Positions 12,566-23,145 of a DNA stretch of 64,000 bases are shown here, piece after piece. Source of the stretch: a phage. The first letter of the stretch is position 1. Every line of letters begins with the position of its first letter. The position numbers were made by a program, and so were the translations under genes. The stretch lies in the sequence record PZ445554.1. One strand, 5' to 3'. The notes under the pieces were generated by a model that was not told the DNA's origin, made no database searches, and saw only the letters and a list, made by a program, of their open reading frames with translations.

Positions 12566-13425
12566 TTATACCGCCATTTTTCCTTTCAAGACGCCGTGGG
12601 ACTGATAATCTTTGAGAACGAAATCTTTAGGCCTGAGTTTAAGAATGTATTCCAATTGTTCTTTAGTAGAAAGATAGCGGAATTTATAAGGCAATCCGCC
12701 TATTACCAGTTCACAAAGCTCTTTAGGTTCACGACGCAAAATTTCTTTACATTGTTCTACGTGATTCATATAGATATGAGTATTACCACCAGAAAATATC
12801 AAATCTCCCGGAATAAGATTACACATCTTAGCTACAATATGAACTAACGCAGCATATGATGCAATATTAAATGGAAGACCGAGGAAAACATCTACTGATC
12901 GTTGATACCACTGAAGGTCAAGGTATCCATTACGAACATTAAATTGATAGAACATATGACAAGGTGGTAATGCCATCTGCTTGAGTTCAGCTGGATTCCA
13001 TGCTGAAACAATTTGACGCCTATCATTTGGCAGTTTTTTAATACGATCAATAACTTCTATAATTTGGTCTACACCACCAAAATCACGCCACTGTTTTCCA
13101 TAAATTGGACCAAGTTCACCGCTATGGTATCCTAAATCTTTTGCTTGATTTTCGTAATTTTCATCCCAAACTGTTTTGCCTTGGATTAACGAATCATGTT
13201 GAATTAATCGCAAATCATTGACATTTGTGCTTCCCGATAAAAACCAAAGCAGCTCAGCAATGCAAGCTTTCCAGGCGAGCTTCTTAGTTGTTACTGCAGG
13301 AAAACCTTTAGTTAAATCCCAGCGTAATTTAGTACCGAACAAAGCAATTGTTCCTGTGCCTGTTCGGTCATCGGTTTCGTAGCCATTTTCCAGGATATCT
13401 TTAATTAAAAATTGGTATTGTTTCA

Positions 13426-13426
<1 letters not shown>
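12566..13426 (-). CDS. td: thymidylate synthase
   Basis: 286 aa from ATG at 13424-13426 (track start is TTG); active-site motif LPPCHMFYQF; no intron. Confidence 0.9.
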
Positions 13427-14455
<1,029 letters not shown>

Positions 14456-14466
14456 ATTGCCTCCTA

Positions 14467-14799
14467 TTAAAAAGGATCAGGAACATATCCGCTAGCTTTA
14501 ATCATTTTAATTAACGTTAACATTCCTTTGTTAACTGCTCGTGAGATTTCATCAAAAACTTCATCACTAAAAAGTTCTAACACGCCCTTCTGAACTTTTA
14601 ATTTACAGCCAACAATTTCGTCATCGCCTATAGTAAATTCGCTTCCGCCAATTCCGCCGAAAAACTTAATTACGCCAGTTAACTGTCTTCCACGAGAATA
14701 TGGGTCGTGTGATAAAGTAATATGAGTCACCCCAGGTACAGTTTTAAATTGGCAGCGGATGTTTACTTGAGCAATTCCAGTTACATGAATGTCAGACAT
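14467..14799 (-). CDS. hypothetical protein, 110 aa
   Basis: ORF track. Confidence 0.5.
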   Translation of the reverse strand: MSDIHVTGIAQVNIRCQFKTVPGVTHITLSHDPYSRGRQLTGVIKFFGGIGGSEFTIGDDEIVGCKLKVQKGVLELFSDEVFDEISRAVNKGMLTLIKMIKASGYVPDPF

Positions 14800-14809
14800 A
14801 TTATTTTCC

Positions 14810-15052
14810 TCAAACAGACTTTTTCACAATTTTCCAATCAGCTTTAAACTGCTCGACATCAGAATGGTAAATCCAGAATCCTGCGCTTTCTCCGTCTTCA
14901 TAAAGAGGACATCCATCACATTCATCTTCCCACCCCATATCGCGTAAAAGATGTTCAGCTTTTTCAACAAGCCCAGAATCTTTACCGATGATATTAAAAT
15001 ACCATTTACCTTTAACTTCTGAATCTTTGATGCTCTGGCGTTGTAATCTCAT
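14810..15052 (-). CDS. hypothetical protein, 80 aa
   Basis: ORF track. Confidence 0.45.
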   Translation of the reverse strand: MRLQRQSIKDSEVKGKWYFNIIGKDSGLVEKAEHLLRDMGWEDECDGCPLYEDGESAGFWIYHSDVEQFKADWKIVKKSV

Positions 15053-15157
15053 TTATTCTCATTAGCAAGCTTTAATCAAAAGATATAAACAGACCAACAT
15101 AACTGCTGCCATAATATAAGGTGCGAACATTTTCTTTTCTCCATTAGTTTTGATAGG

Positions 15158-15190
15158 GTAATAGTATCACACTACTACCCTGTTGTAAAC
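15158..15190 (-). promoter_or_regulatory. T4 early-type promoter
   Basis: GTTTAC-17 bp-GTGATACTAT. Confidence 0.45.
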
Positions 15191-15576
15191 TACTTTTTGA
15201 AAGTTTTTCGCAAAAGTTCAATGATTTCATCTACATTATTTTCGTCAACAATGCAGTGAATTTTTGTTACGCCAGAAACCTTGTCTTTAACTTCATCCTC
15301 TTCAGAAGTAGGTTCTTTATATTCGCGGAAACAATAAAACTCTTCTTCACTAAGTTCAAAATAATCATCACCCATACCATCATCATTATAGATTTCACCA
15401 TTAGCACAAATGATTTCGGTTACATAATCAAAGCCATCTAAACTTGATATTGATTTAACTTCAAACCAACCACCATTTTCTTGAATGATGCCGACCATAT
15501 TAGCATTTGATGAACTAATATCAATGAAAGATTTAATACGGTGTGGATTTAACTCGTATTTTTTGCCGATTTCCAT
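15190..15576 (-). CDS. acidic hypothetical protein, about 128 aa
   Basis: In-frame ATG at 15574-15576 with SD GAGGA preferred over the ATG at 15591. Confidence 0.45.
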   Translation of the reverse strand: MEIGKKYELNPHRIKSFIDISSSNANMVGIIQENGGWFEVKSISSLDGFDYVTEIICANGEIYNDDGMGDDYFELSEEEFYCFREYKEPTSEEDEVKDKVSGVTKIHCIVDENNVDEIIELLRKTFKK

Positions 15577-15621
15577 TTTGATTTTCCTCATTTTAATAGG
15601 GGCTTAATAGCCCCTTGATAA

Positions 15622-15849
15622 TTATTGTTCAATCATTCCCATGTAAAATTCTGTGTCTTCAGCATCCATACCATCACAATATTCATTAGCCATAAACCGC
15701 TCAAGAACTTCTAAAGGACCTTCAATAACGATTTGAATGCTCCAAAACTTAGAATCTTGTACACTTGTGATACTAAGTTCAGGATAACGATTACGAATAA
15801 TTTCTTCAATATATTCAAAATCAACGATGTCAATATCAACTTTAGCCAT
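15622..15849 (-). CDS. hypothetical protein, 75 aa
   Basis: Track start (TTG, 15912) runs through the promoter cassette; ATG at 15847-15849 with SD AGAGGAAA lies just downstream of the promoter. Confidence 0.45.
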   Translation of the reverse strand: MAKVDIDIVDFEYIEEIIRNRYPELSITSVQDSKFWSIQIVIEGPLEVLERFMANEYCDGMDAEDTEFYMGMIEQ

Positions 15850-15885
15850 ATTGTTTTCCTCTTTAATCGTCAGCAGTATTGCTGA

Positions 15886-15922
15886 TAGTTGTATAGTACC
15901 ATGGAAGGACAAGGATGTAAAC
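15886..15922 (-). promoter_or_regulatory. T4 early-type promoter (cassette copy) upstream of ORF 15622-15849
   Basis: GTTTAC-18 bp-TGGTACTATAC; part of a repeated cassette. Confidence 0.5.
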
Positions 15923-15940
15923 AGTTTTGTGAAAAAATTT

Positions 15941-15971
15941 TTAAAATAAAAAGGGGACCTCTAGGGTCCCC
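15941..15971 (-). terminator. rho-independent terminator downstream of gene 32
   Basis: Stem GGGGACC, short loop, stem GGGTCCC, then U-run on the minus-strand transcript. Confidence 0.55.
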
Positions 15972-15993
15972 AATTAATTAGTAATATAATCTA

Positions 15994-16902
15994 TTAAAGG
16001 TCATTCAAAAGGTCATCCAGGTCCGTGTCATCAGCACTAGATGAACTGCCAGAGCTTGAGCTCATAAAATCATCTTCAGTTTTTGTATTGAAGTCATCAA
16101 CATTGAATGCATCCAAATCATCAGCAACTTTATCAGCTTTCTTAGCAGCAGTTGCAGCGGCACCGCCCATCACAGCAGTTCCCATAACTTGACCGAATTT
16201 AGTATTCAGTTCTTCAAATGATTTGAATTTATCTTTAGAAGTCATTTCAGAAAGGTCAACCATTTGTTCGAACAGTTCTTTCTGGAAAGATTCATCATCA
16301 ATGTTTGGAATCGCAGATTGATTCAGGAATTTAGATTCATCGTAGTTACTAAATCCGGAAACTTGTTTAACTTTCAGTACAAAGTTAGCACCTTCCCACG
16401 GACAAGTTACATCAACCGGAGTTTCACCCATTTCAACATCAACCGCAATCATTGCATTGATTTTATCCCAGATTTTCTTACCGAAACGGTATTTAAATAC
16501 TTTACCTTCATTTTCTGGAGCAGCTGGGTCTTTTACAACAAGAATATTAGCCCAGTAAGAAGTTTTACGTTTAACAAGACTGTACTCTTTATTGTCAGTG
16601 TTGTACAGATCATTTTTACTGATGTATTGACATACTGGGCAAGAATCGTAATCACCGTGGGTAGATGAACAGTTTTCAATATACCATTTACCATTTTTCT
16701 TGAAACCGTGATTTACAAGAATTGCAAATGGTGCTTGTTCATCATTTTTAGACGGAAGAAAACGAATTACTGCTTGACCGTTACCCGCATTGTCGAGTTT
16801 CAGTTTCCACTCGCCTTTATCTTCAGAAGAAAAACCACCTTTATTTCCAGCCAGTTTAGCCATTTGTGCAGCGAGTTCAGCAGTAGATTTACGTTTAAAC
16901 AT
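15994..16902 (-). CDS. 32: single-stranded DNA-binding protein gp32
   Basis: Sequence recognised as T4 gp32 ([17 protein letters not shown]...), acidic C-terminal tail; leader and late promoter upstream. Confidence 0.95.
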   Translation of the reverse strand: MFKRKSTAELAAQMAKLAGNKGGFSSEDKGEWKLKLDNAGNGQAVIRFLPSKNDEQAPFAILVNHGFKKNGKWYIENCSSTHGDYDSCPVCQYISKNDLYNTDNKEYSLVKRKTSYWANILVVKDPAAPENEGKVFKYRFGKKIWDKINAMIAVDVEMGETPVDVTCPWEGANFVLKVKQVSGFSNYDESKFLNQSAIPNIDDESFQKELFEQMVDLSEMTSKDKFKSFEELNTKFGQVMGTAVMGGAAATAAKKADKVADDLDAFNVDDFNTKTEDDFMSSSSGSSSSADDTDLDDLLNDL

Positions 16903-16975
16903 TTTTATTTCCTTTTTAATTTAATTAACAGTTGGTGCTATGACGATGTATGACCTCATAGCTGGTCAGTGAGAT
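16903..16975 (-). promoter_or_regulatory. gene 32 mRNA leader: putative pseudoknot plus AU-rich translational operator
   Basis: Complementary arms GCTATGA/TCATAGC followed by TTAATTAAATTAAAAAGGAAATAAAAATG ahead of the gene 32 start. Confidence 0.5.
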
Positions 16976-16985
16976 AATTATAATC

Positions 16986-16993
16986 TATTTATA
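16986..16993 (-). promoter_or_regulatory. late promoter (TATAAATA) upstream of gene 32
   Basis: Exact TATAAATA on the minus strand. Confidence 0.45.
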
Positions 16994-17001
16994 ATAAGCA
17001 A

Positions 17002-17655
17002 TTAATACTTGCAAGATTTCACAGTTTCAATGAAAACATTTTTAGCTTTCTGTGAATCAATATTTAAAATTTTTCTATAAGCCTTTAACTTTATAGAATA
17101 ATTATTCCAGACTAAATTATCAGTCTGTTCATCGTGTTTATCAATTATATTTAAAAACGAATCAAGCAAGATAAACGTTTCAAACGAAATTATATTCGAT
17201 TGAAGTAGTTTAAAAATATAACTTGATTGAACTTTTGGATTATACTCAAAGATTTCTTTAAAAGCAGAAACTTCAACTTTTTTACTAAAATAGTAAATAT
17301 TGCGAATATCTTCTTCAAACTTAAATTTAATTTGCTTTAAGCGTCCGATATATTCACGATAAAACACAAGTGCATCAGCGTCAGAGATGTCGCCAATCCA
17401 AGCATCTTGGTTAGCAACCAAATTACTTATAAAGATTAAAGCAAGTTCCTTTAATTTATATTTTTCTGATAACTTCTGGAAAAAATACTTATCCCTTCGC
17501 TTTTGATAAGCGGCATCAGACACCCGCATGCACCAATTATACTTAATAACATCATACTTTCCATTCATATGCTGTTTTATCATTAAGTATAATTTATAAA
17601 CTGATTTACCATCAATGTATCTTTCACCACCAGCAGGCATGCGGAGTTTAATCAT
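17002..17655 (-). CDS. 59: helicase loader gp59
   Basis: 217 aa, sequence recognised as T4 gp59. Confidence 0.9.
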   Translation of the reverse strand: MIKLRMPAGGERYIDGKSVYKLYLMIKQHMNGKYDVIKYNWCMRVSDAAYQKRRDKYFFQKLSEKYKLKELALIFISNLVANQDAWIGDISDADALVFYREYIGRLKQIKFKFEEDIRNIYYFSKKVEVSAFKEIFEYNPKVQSSYIFKLLQSNIISFETFILLDSFLNIIDKHDEQTDNLVWNNYSIKLKAYRKILNIDSQKAKNVFIETVKSCKY

Positions 17656-17990
17656 AGTAGAAAATCTAATGTATTAGTTTTTTCACAACGAACAACAGAA
17701 GGACGTAAAAGATTTTCGTCAATAGCTTCTGACTGGATTTTTTCAATTATCCCCGAAGGAATAAATTTAGCAAATTGAGTTTCAGGAATAGAGTTTTCTT
17801 CCAAGAATGCTGTCGTAGCTTCAAGATAACTCATTCCAAACTCTTCTACCATTTTTTCAATAATAAATCCGTTTTCTTGACGATCAAGAAGCTTTGCTAT
17901 TTCATCCTTTTCTTTCTTGATTGAAAGTTCTTTTTCTGAAAGACCGGTCTCATCGACCGGACGAATATCATTTAGAGAAAACTGTGTCAT
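17652..17990 (-). CDS. 33: late transcription co-activator gp33
   Basis: 112 aa from ATG at 17988-17990 (track start is TTG); position between 59 and dsbA. Confidence 0.75.
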   Translation of the reverse strand: MTQFSLNDIRPVDETGLSEKELSIKKEKDEIAKLLDRQENGFIIEKMVEEFGMSYLEATTAFLEENSIPETQFAKFIPSGIIEKIQSEAIDENLLRPSVVRCEKTNTLDFLL

Positions 17991-18237
17991 AAAGTTCAAC
18001 TACCTCTTCAGTTTCAGCTTCAAACACATCACGATTATCTTTATGATACAAAGCTAATAGACGATTAAACATCTTACCATCAACGCCAAGTTCATCTTTG
18101 GCACGAATTCGAATATCTTTAATCAGTTCATTATAACCGGAAATTTTCAGTTTATGGTCAGATGCTTCTTTAATAAATTTAGCCAAGTCTTCGCCATGGA
18201 TAGCTTCATCAAATTCAACCATTTCTTTTTTAGCCAT
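17968..18237 (-). CDS. dsbA: double-stranded DNA-binding protein
   Basis: 89 aa; position between 33 and rnh. Confidence 0.7.
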   Translation of the reverse strand: MAKKEMVEFDEAIHGEDLAKFIKEASDHKLKISGYNELIKDIRIRAKDELGVDGKMFNRLLALYHKDNRDVFEAETEEVVELYDTVFSK

Positions 18238-18245
18238 TATTCACC

Positions 18246-19163
18246 TCAAAATTCATTAATGCTATTAGTTAATTTAGAAAGACCCGCTTTTACAAAATAT
18301 GAATAAATTTTGCCACGCGGTGGTAATTTATATGAATTATAGTAATTCACAATGTTTGAAGCAATATTATCAGGAATATAATCAAAATCAATTAGAACTA
18401 AATTTTCTTTATAACGATTATACTCAGATTCTGAGAGAAGCACCTTAGCTTGCTCACGATCATTAGCAATAGCTTCAACGATTGAAGTTTTCATTGAAGG
18501 AGTTCGTTCACCTTCAACTCTGGTAAACCAAAAGTCAGATCGTACTTTAACTGAAGCAACGTTATCCTTTTTGTCGCCTTTAAGGATTTTAGTCATACAG
18601 TCAATTTCAGCAGAACCGCTTTTAATTTTAACCCATTTCTTATGCATCGGTGACCATTGCTTAACATTTGGATATTTGTGAAGCTGTGTAAAGTCACCAT
18701 CCGATGAAATGATTAAAATCTTATGTCCTTCTAAAGAGAACTTTTTAACAAGAACAGCAATGTGGTCATCTGCTTCATACTTATCAATATCCATAACAAT
18801 GTATGGCATATAAGCTTTCAATTCATCTATAACTTTATGGCTGGATTCAAAATAACCTTCCCAGTCCCAAGTAGATTCTTCTCGTGCTTTTCCACGGTTT
18901 TTCTTATAATAATAAGCGAAATCACGACGCCAGTATCCAGATTTCGCGTTATCAATACATAGTACAATTTTAGTGTATCCAAGCGTTTTTGCTTTTTTGA
19001 CATTAAACTTAATTGAGTTCAATATCAAATGACGAACCATTGATAAATTAATTTTTTCTTTATCTGGGAAGTTTACAAGAGCAGTTGAAAGCGCAATTTG
19101 ACTAAAGTCAATAAAGCAAATTCCTTCTTTATAATCTTCATCCAGCATCATTTCTAAATCCAT
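18246..19163 (-). CDS. rnh: RNase H / 5'-3' flap exonuclease
   Basis: 305 aa from ATG at 19161-19163 (track start is TTG); FEN-family acidic motifs. Confidence 0.85.
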   Translation of the reverse strand: MDLEMMLDEDYKEGICFIDFSQIALSTALVNFPDKEKINLSMVRHLILNSIKFNVKKAKTLGYTKIVLCIDNAKSGYWRRDFAYYYKKNRGKAREESTWDWEGYFESSHKVIDELKAYMPYIVMDIDKYEADDHIAVLVKKFSLEGHKILIISSDGDFTQLHKYPNVKQWSPMHKKWVKIKSGSAEIDCMTKILKGDKKDNVASVKVRSDFWFTRVEGERTPSMKTSIVEAIANDREQAKVLLSESEYNRYKENLVLIDFDYIPDNIASNIVNYYNSYKLPPRGKIYSYFVKAGLSKLTNSINEF

Positions 19164-19187
19164 ATGAACCTCGTTCAATTAGTGAGA

Positions 19188-19222
19188 TTTCTATTATATA
19201 CTATCTAAATCTTAAAGTAAAC
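19188..19222 (-). promoter_or_regulatory. T4 early-type promoter for rnh
   Basis: GTTTAC-17 bp-ATATAAT. Confidence 0.45.
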
Positions 19223-19225
19223 AGG

Positions 19226-19233
19226 TATAAATA
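19226..19233 (+). promoter_or_regulatory. late promoter (TATAAATA) for gene 34
   Basis: Exact TATAAATA 35 nt upstream of the gene 34 ATG. Confidence 0.6.
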
Positions 19234-19267
19234 CTTATTATTGAAAACACAATAGGAGCCCGGGAGA

Positions 19268-22200
19268 ATGGCCGAGATTAAAAGAAAGTTCAGAGCAGAA
19301 GATGGTCTGGACGCAGGTGGTGATAAAATAATCAACGTAGCTTTAGCTGATCGTACCGTAGGAACTGACGGTGTTAACGTTGATTACTTAATTCAAGAAA
19401 ACACAGTTCAGCAATATGATCCAACTCGTGGATATTTAAAAGATTTTGTAATCATTTATAATAATCGTTTTTGGGCAGCAACGGATAATATTCCAAAACC
19501 TGCTGGAAATTTTAATAGAATTCGTTGGAAAGCATTACGTACTGATGCCGTATATACAACCGTATCATCTGGACCATATCAATTAAAATCCGGAGAAGCA
19601 ATTTCAGTAGATACATCAGTTGGCAATGACATTGAGTTTACTTTACCACCTTCTCCGCTTGATGGAGAAACCGTAATAATTCAAGATATCGGTGGAAAAC
19701 CTGGCATAAATCAGGTTAAAATAAATTCTTCAAATCAGAGTATTGTCAATTTTAGAGGTGAACAGGTACGTTCAGTTTTAATGACTCATCCAAAGTCACA
19801 GATGGTATTCATTTTTAATAACCGTTTGTGGCAAATGTATATTGCTGATTATAGCAGAGAAGCTGCAATTGTTACTCCATCGACTGCATATCAAGCACAA
19901 TCTAATGATTTTATCGTACGTAGATTTACTTCTGCCGCACCGATTAATGTTAAACTTCCAAGATTTGCCAATCATGGAGATATCATTAATTTCGTTGATT
20001 TAGATAAATTAAATCCACTTTATCATACAATTGTTACGACATATGATGAAACGACGTCAGTGCAAGAAGTTGGAACTCATTCCATTGAAGGCCGTACATC
20101 GATTGACGGTTTCTTGATGTTTGACGATAATGAGAAATTGTGGAGATTGTTTGACGGGGATAGTAAAGCACGTTTACGCATTATAACAACTAATTCAAAT
20201 ATTCGTCCAAATGAAGAAGTCATGGTATTTGGTGCGAATAATGGAACAACCCAAACAATTGAACTTCAGCTTCCGACTGATATTTCTGTTGGTGATACTG
20301 TTAAAATTTCCATGAATTACATGAGAAAAGGACAAACAGTTAAAATCAAAGCTGCCGGTGAAGATAAAATTGCTTCTTCAGTTCAATTGCTGCAATTCCC
20401 AAAACGTTCAGAATATCCGCCTGAAGCTGAATGGGTAACAGTTCAAGAATTAGTTTTTAATGGTGAAACTAATTATGTACCAGTTTTGCAACTTGCTTAT
20501 ATAGAAGATTCTGATGGAAAATACTGGGTTGTACAGCAAAACGTTCCAACAGTTGAAAGAGTCGATTCTTTAAATAATTCTACTAGAGCAAGATTAGGCG
20601 TAATTGCTTTAGCTACACAAGCTCAAGCAAATGCTGATTTAGAAAATTCTCCGCAAAAAGAATTGGCAATTACTCCAGAAACGTTAGCTAATCGTACTGC
20701 TACTGAAACTCGCAGAGGTATTGCAAGAATAGCAACTACTGCTCAAGTAAATCAGAACACCACATTCTCTTTTGCAGATGACCTTATCATCACTCCTAAA
20801 AAGCTGAATGAAAGAACTGCTACAGAAACTCGTAGAGGTGTAGCTGAAATTGCTACGCAGCAGGAAACTAATACAGGTACTGATGATACTACAATCATCA
20901 CTCCTAAAAAGCTTCAAGCTCGTCAAGGTTCTGAATCATTATCTGGTATTGTAACTTTTGTATCTACCGCAGGAGCTACTCCAGCTTCTAGTCGTGAATT
21001 AAATGGTACGAATGTTTATAATAAAAACACTAATAATTTAGTTGTTTCACCTAAAGCTTTGGATCAGTATAAAGCTACTCCAACGCAACAAGGCGCAGTA
21101 ATTTTAGCAGTTGAAAGTGAAGTAATTGCTGGACAAAGCCAAGAAGGATGGGCAAATGCGGTTGTAACGCCAGAAACGTTACATAAAAAGACATCAACTG
21201 ATGCAAGAATTGGTTTAATTGAAATTGCTACACAAAGTGAAGTTAATACAGGAACTGATTATACTCGTGCAGTCACTCCTAAAACTTTAAATGACCGTAG
21301 AGCAACTGAAAGTTTAAGTGGTATAGCTGAAATTGCTACACAGGTTGAATTCGACGCAGGCGTCGACGATACTCGTATCTCTACACCATTAAAAATTAAA
21401 ACCAGATTTAATAGTACTGATCGTACTTCTGTTGTTGCTCTATCTGGATTAGTTGAATCAGGAACTCTCTGGGACCATTATACCCTTAATATTCTTGAAG
21501 CAAATGAGACACAGCGTGGTACACTTCGTGTAGCTACACAAGTTGAAGCTGCTGCAGGAACATTAGATAATGTTTTAATAACTCCTAAAAAGCTTTTAGG
21601 TACTAAATCTACTGAAGCACAGGAAGGTGTCATTAAAGTTGCAACTCAGTCTGAAACTGTGGCTGGAACGTCAGCAAATACTGCTGTATCTCCAAAAAAT
21701 TTAAAATGGATTGTGCAGAGTGAACCTACTTGGGCAGCTACTACTGCAATAAGAGGTTTTGTTAAAACTTCATCTGGTTCAATTACATTCGTTGGTAATG
21801 ATACGGTAGGTTCAACACAGCCATTAGAATCATATGAGAAAAATGGTTATGCAGTATCACCATATGAATTAAATCGCGTATTAGCAAATTATTTGCCATT
21901 AAAAGCAAAAGCTGTAGATAGTAATTTATTAGATGGTCTAGATTCGCTCCAGTTCATTCGTAGGGACATTGCACAAACAGTTAATGGTTCACTAACCTTA
22001 ACCCAACAAACGAATCTGAGTGCCCCTCTTGTATCATCTAGTACTGCTACATTCGGTGGATCAGTTTCAGCAAATAGTGTACTAACTATTTCTAATACTG
22101 GAACGGCAACTCGTCTGATTTTTGAGAAAGGACCTCAAACTGGAACAAACCCGGCTCAAACGATGACTGTCAGAGTGTGGGGAAATCAATTTAGTGGGGA

Positions 22201-23137
22201 ATCAGACACAACACGTTCTACCGTATTTGAAGTTAGTGATGAAACGTCTAGTCATTTTTATTCTCAGCGTAATAAAGCTGGAAATATAACATTTAATATT
22301 AACGGTACAGTAACACCGATAAATGTTAATGCTTCAGGAACATTGAATGCAAATGGTGTAGCAACATTTGGTAATTCAGTCACTGCAACTGGTGAAATTA
22401 TTTCTCGAAGCGCAAATGCTTTCCGTGCTATTAACGGAAATTATGGTTTCATTGTTCGCAATGATGGGTCAGTAACGAATTTTATGCTTACTGCATCGGG
22501 TGATCAAACTGGCGTATTTAATGGATTGCGTCCTTTAGCTATTAATAATGCATCTGGCCAAGTAACGATTGGTGAAAGCTTAATCATTGCAAAAGGTGCT
22601 ACTATAAGTTCGGGTGGTTTGACTGTTAACTCGAGAATTCGTTCTCAGGGTACTAAAACCTCTGATTTATATACCCGTGCGCCAACATCTGATACAGTAG
22701 GATTCTGGTCAATCGATATTAATGATTCAGCCACTTATAACCAGTTCCCGGGTTATTTTAAAATGGTTGAAAAAACTAATGAAGTGACTGGACTTCCATA
22801 CTTAGAACGTGGTGAAGAAGTTAAATCTCCTGGTACATTGACTCAGTTTGGTAACACACTTGATTCACTTTACCAAGATTGGATTACTTATCCAACGACC
22901 CCAGAAGCACGTACCACTCGCTGGACACGTACATGGCAGAAAACCAAAAACTCTTGGTCAAGTTTTGTTCAGGTATTTGACGGAGGTAACCCTCCTCAAC
23001 CTTCAGATATAGGAGCGATCCCATCTGATAATGGAATAATAGGTAATCTTACTATTCGCGATTTCTTGCGAATTGGTAATGTTCGCATTATTCCTGACCC
23101 AGTGAATAAAACTGTTAAATTTGAGTGGATTGAATAA
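19268..23137 (+). CDS. 34: long tail fibre proximal subunit gp34
   Basis: 1289 aa; internal repeated about 40-aa motif (ITPKKL...ATETRRG...EIATQ); late promoter TATAAATA 35 nt upstream. Confidence 0.9.
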   Translation: MAEIKRKFRAEDGLDAGGDKIINVALADRTVGTDGVNVDYLIQENTVQQYDPTRGYLKDFVIIYNNRFWAATDNIPKPAGNFNRIRWKALRTDAVYTTVSSGPYQLKSGEAISVDTSVGNDIEFTLPPSPLDGETVIIQDIGGKPGINQVKINSSNQSIVNFRGEQVRSVLMTHPKSQMVFIFNNRLWQMYIADYSREAAIVTPSTAYQAQSNDFIVRRFTSAAPINVKLPRFANHGDIINFVDLDKLNPLYHTIVTTYDETTSVQEVGTHSIEGRTSIDGFLMFDDNEKLWRLFDGDSKARLRIITTNSNIRPNEEVMVFGANNGTTQTIELQLPTDISVGDTVKISMNYMRKGQTVKIKAAGEDKIASSVQLLQFPKRSEYPPEAEWVTVQELVFNGETNYVPVLQLAYIEDSDGKYWVVQQNVPTVERVDSLNNSTRARLGVIALATQAQANADLENSPQKELAITPETLANRTATETRRGIARIATTAQVNQNTTFSFADDLIITPKKLNERTATETRRGVAEIATQQETNTGTDDTTIITPKKLQARQGSESLSGIVTFVSTAGATPASSRELNGTNVYNKNTNNLVVSPKALDQYKATPTQQGAVILAVESEVIAGQSQEGWANAVVTPETLHKKTSTDARIGLIEIATQSEVNTGTDYTRAVTPKTLNDRRATESLSGIAEIATQVEFDAGVDDTRISTPLKIKTRFNSTDRTSVVALSGLVESGTLWDHYTLNILEANETQRGTLRVATQVEAAAGTLDNVLITPKKLLGTKSTEAQEGVIKVATQSETVAGTSANTAVSPKNLKWIVQSEPTWAATTAIRGFVKTSSGSITFVGNDTVGSTQPLESYEKNGYAVSPYELNRVLANYLPLKAKAVDSNLLDGLDSLQFIRRDIAQTVNGSLTLTQQTNLSAPLVSSSTATFGGSVSANSVLTISNTGTATRLIFEKGPQTGTNPAQTMTVRVWGNQFSGESDTTRSTVFEVSDETSSHFYSQRNKAGNITFNINGTVTPINVNASGTLNANGVATFGNSVTATGEIISRSANAFRAINGNYGFIVRNDGSVTNFMLTASGDQTGVFNGLRPLAINNASGQVTIGESLIIAKGATISSGGLTVNSRIRSQGTKTSDLYTRAPTSDTVGFWSIDINDSATYNQFPGYFKMVEKTNEVTGLPYLERGEEVKSPGTLTQFGNTLDSLYQDWITYPTTPEARTTRWTRTWQKTKNSWSSFVQVFDGGNPPQPSDIGAIPSDNGIIGNLTIRDFLRIGNVRIIPDPVNKTVKFEWIE

Positions 23138-23145
23138 GAGGTATT

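Noticed and set aside
15064-15131. 22-aa hydrophobic micro-ORF (MFAPYIMAAVMLVCLYLLIKAC) with SD GGAG downstream of the promoter at 15158-15190
   Set aside because: Too short to support from sequence alone, though its placement right after a promoter makes it worth testing by ribosome profiling.
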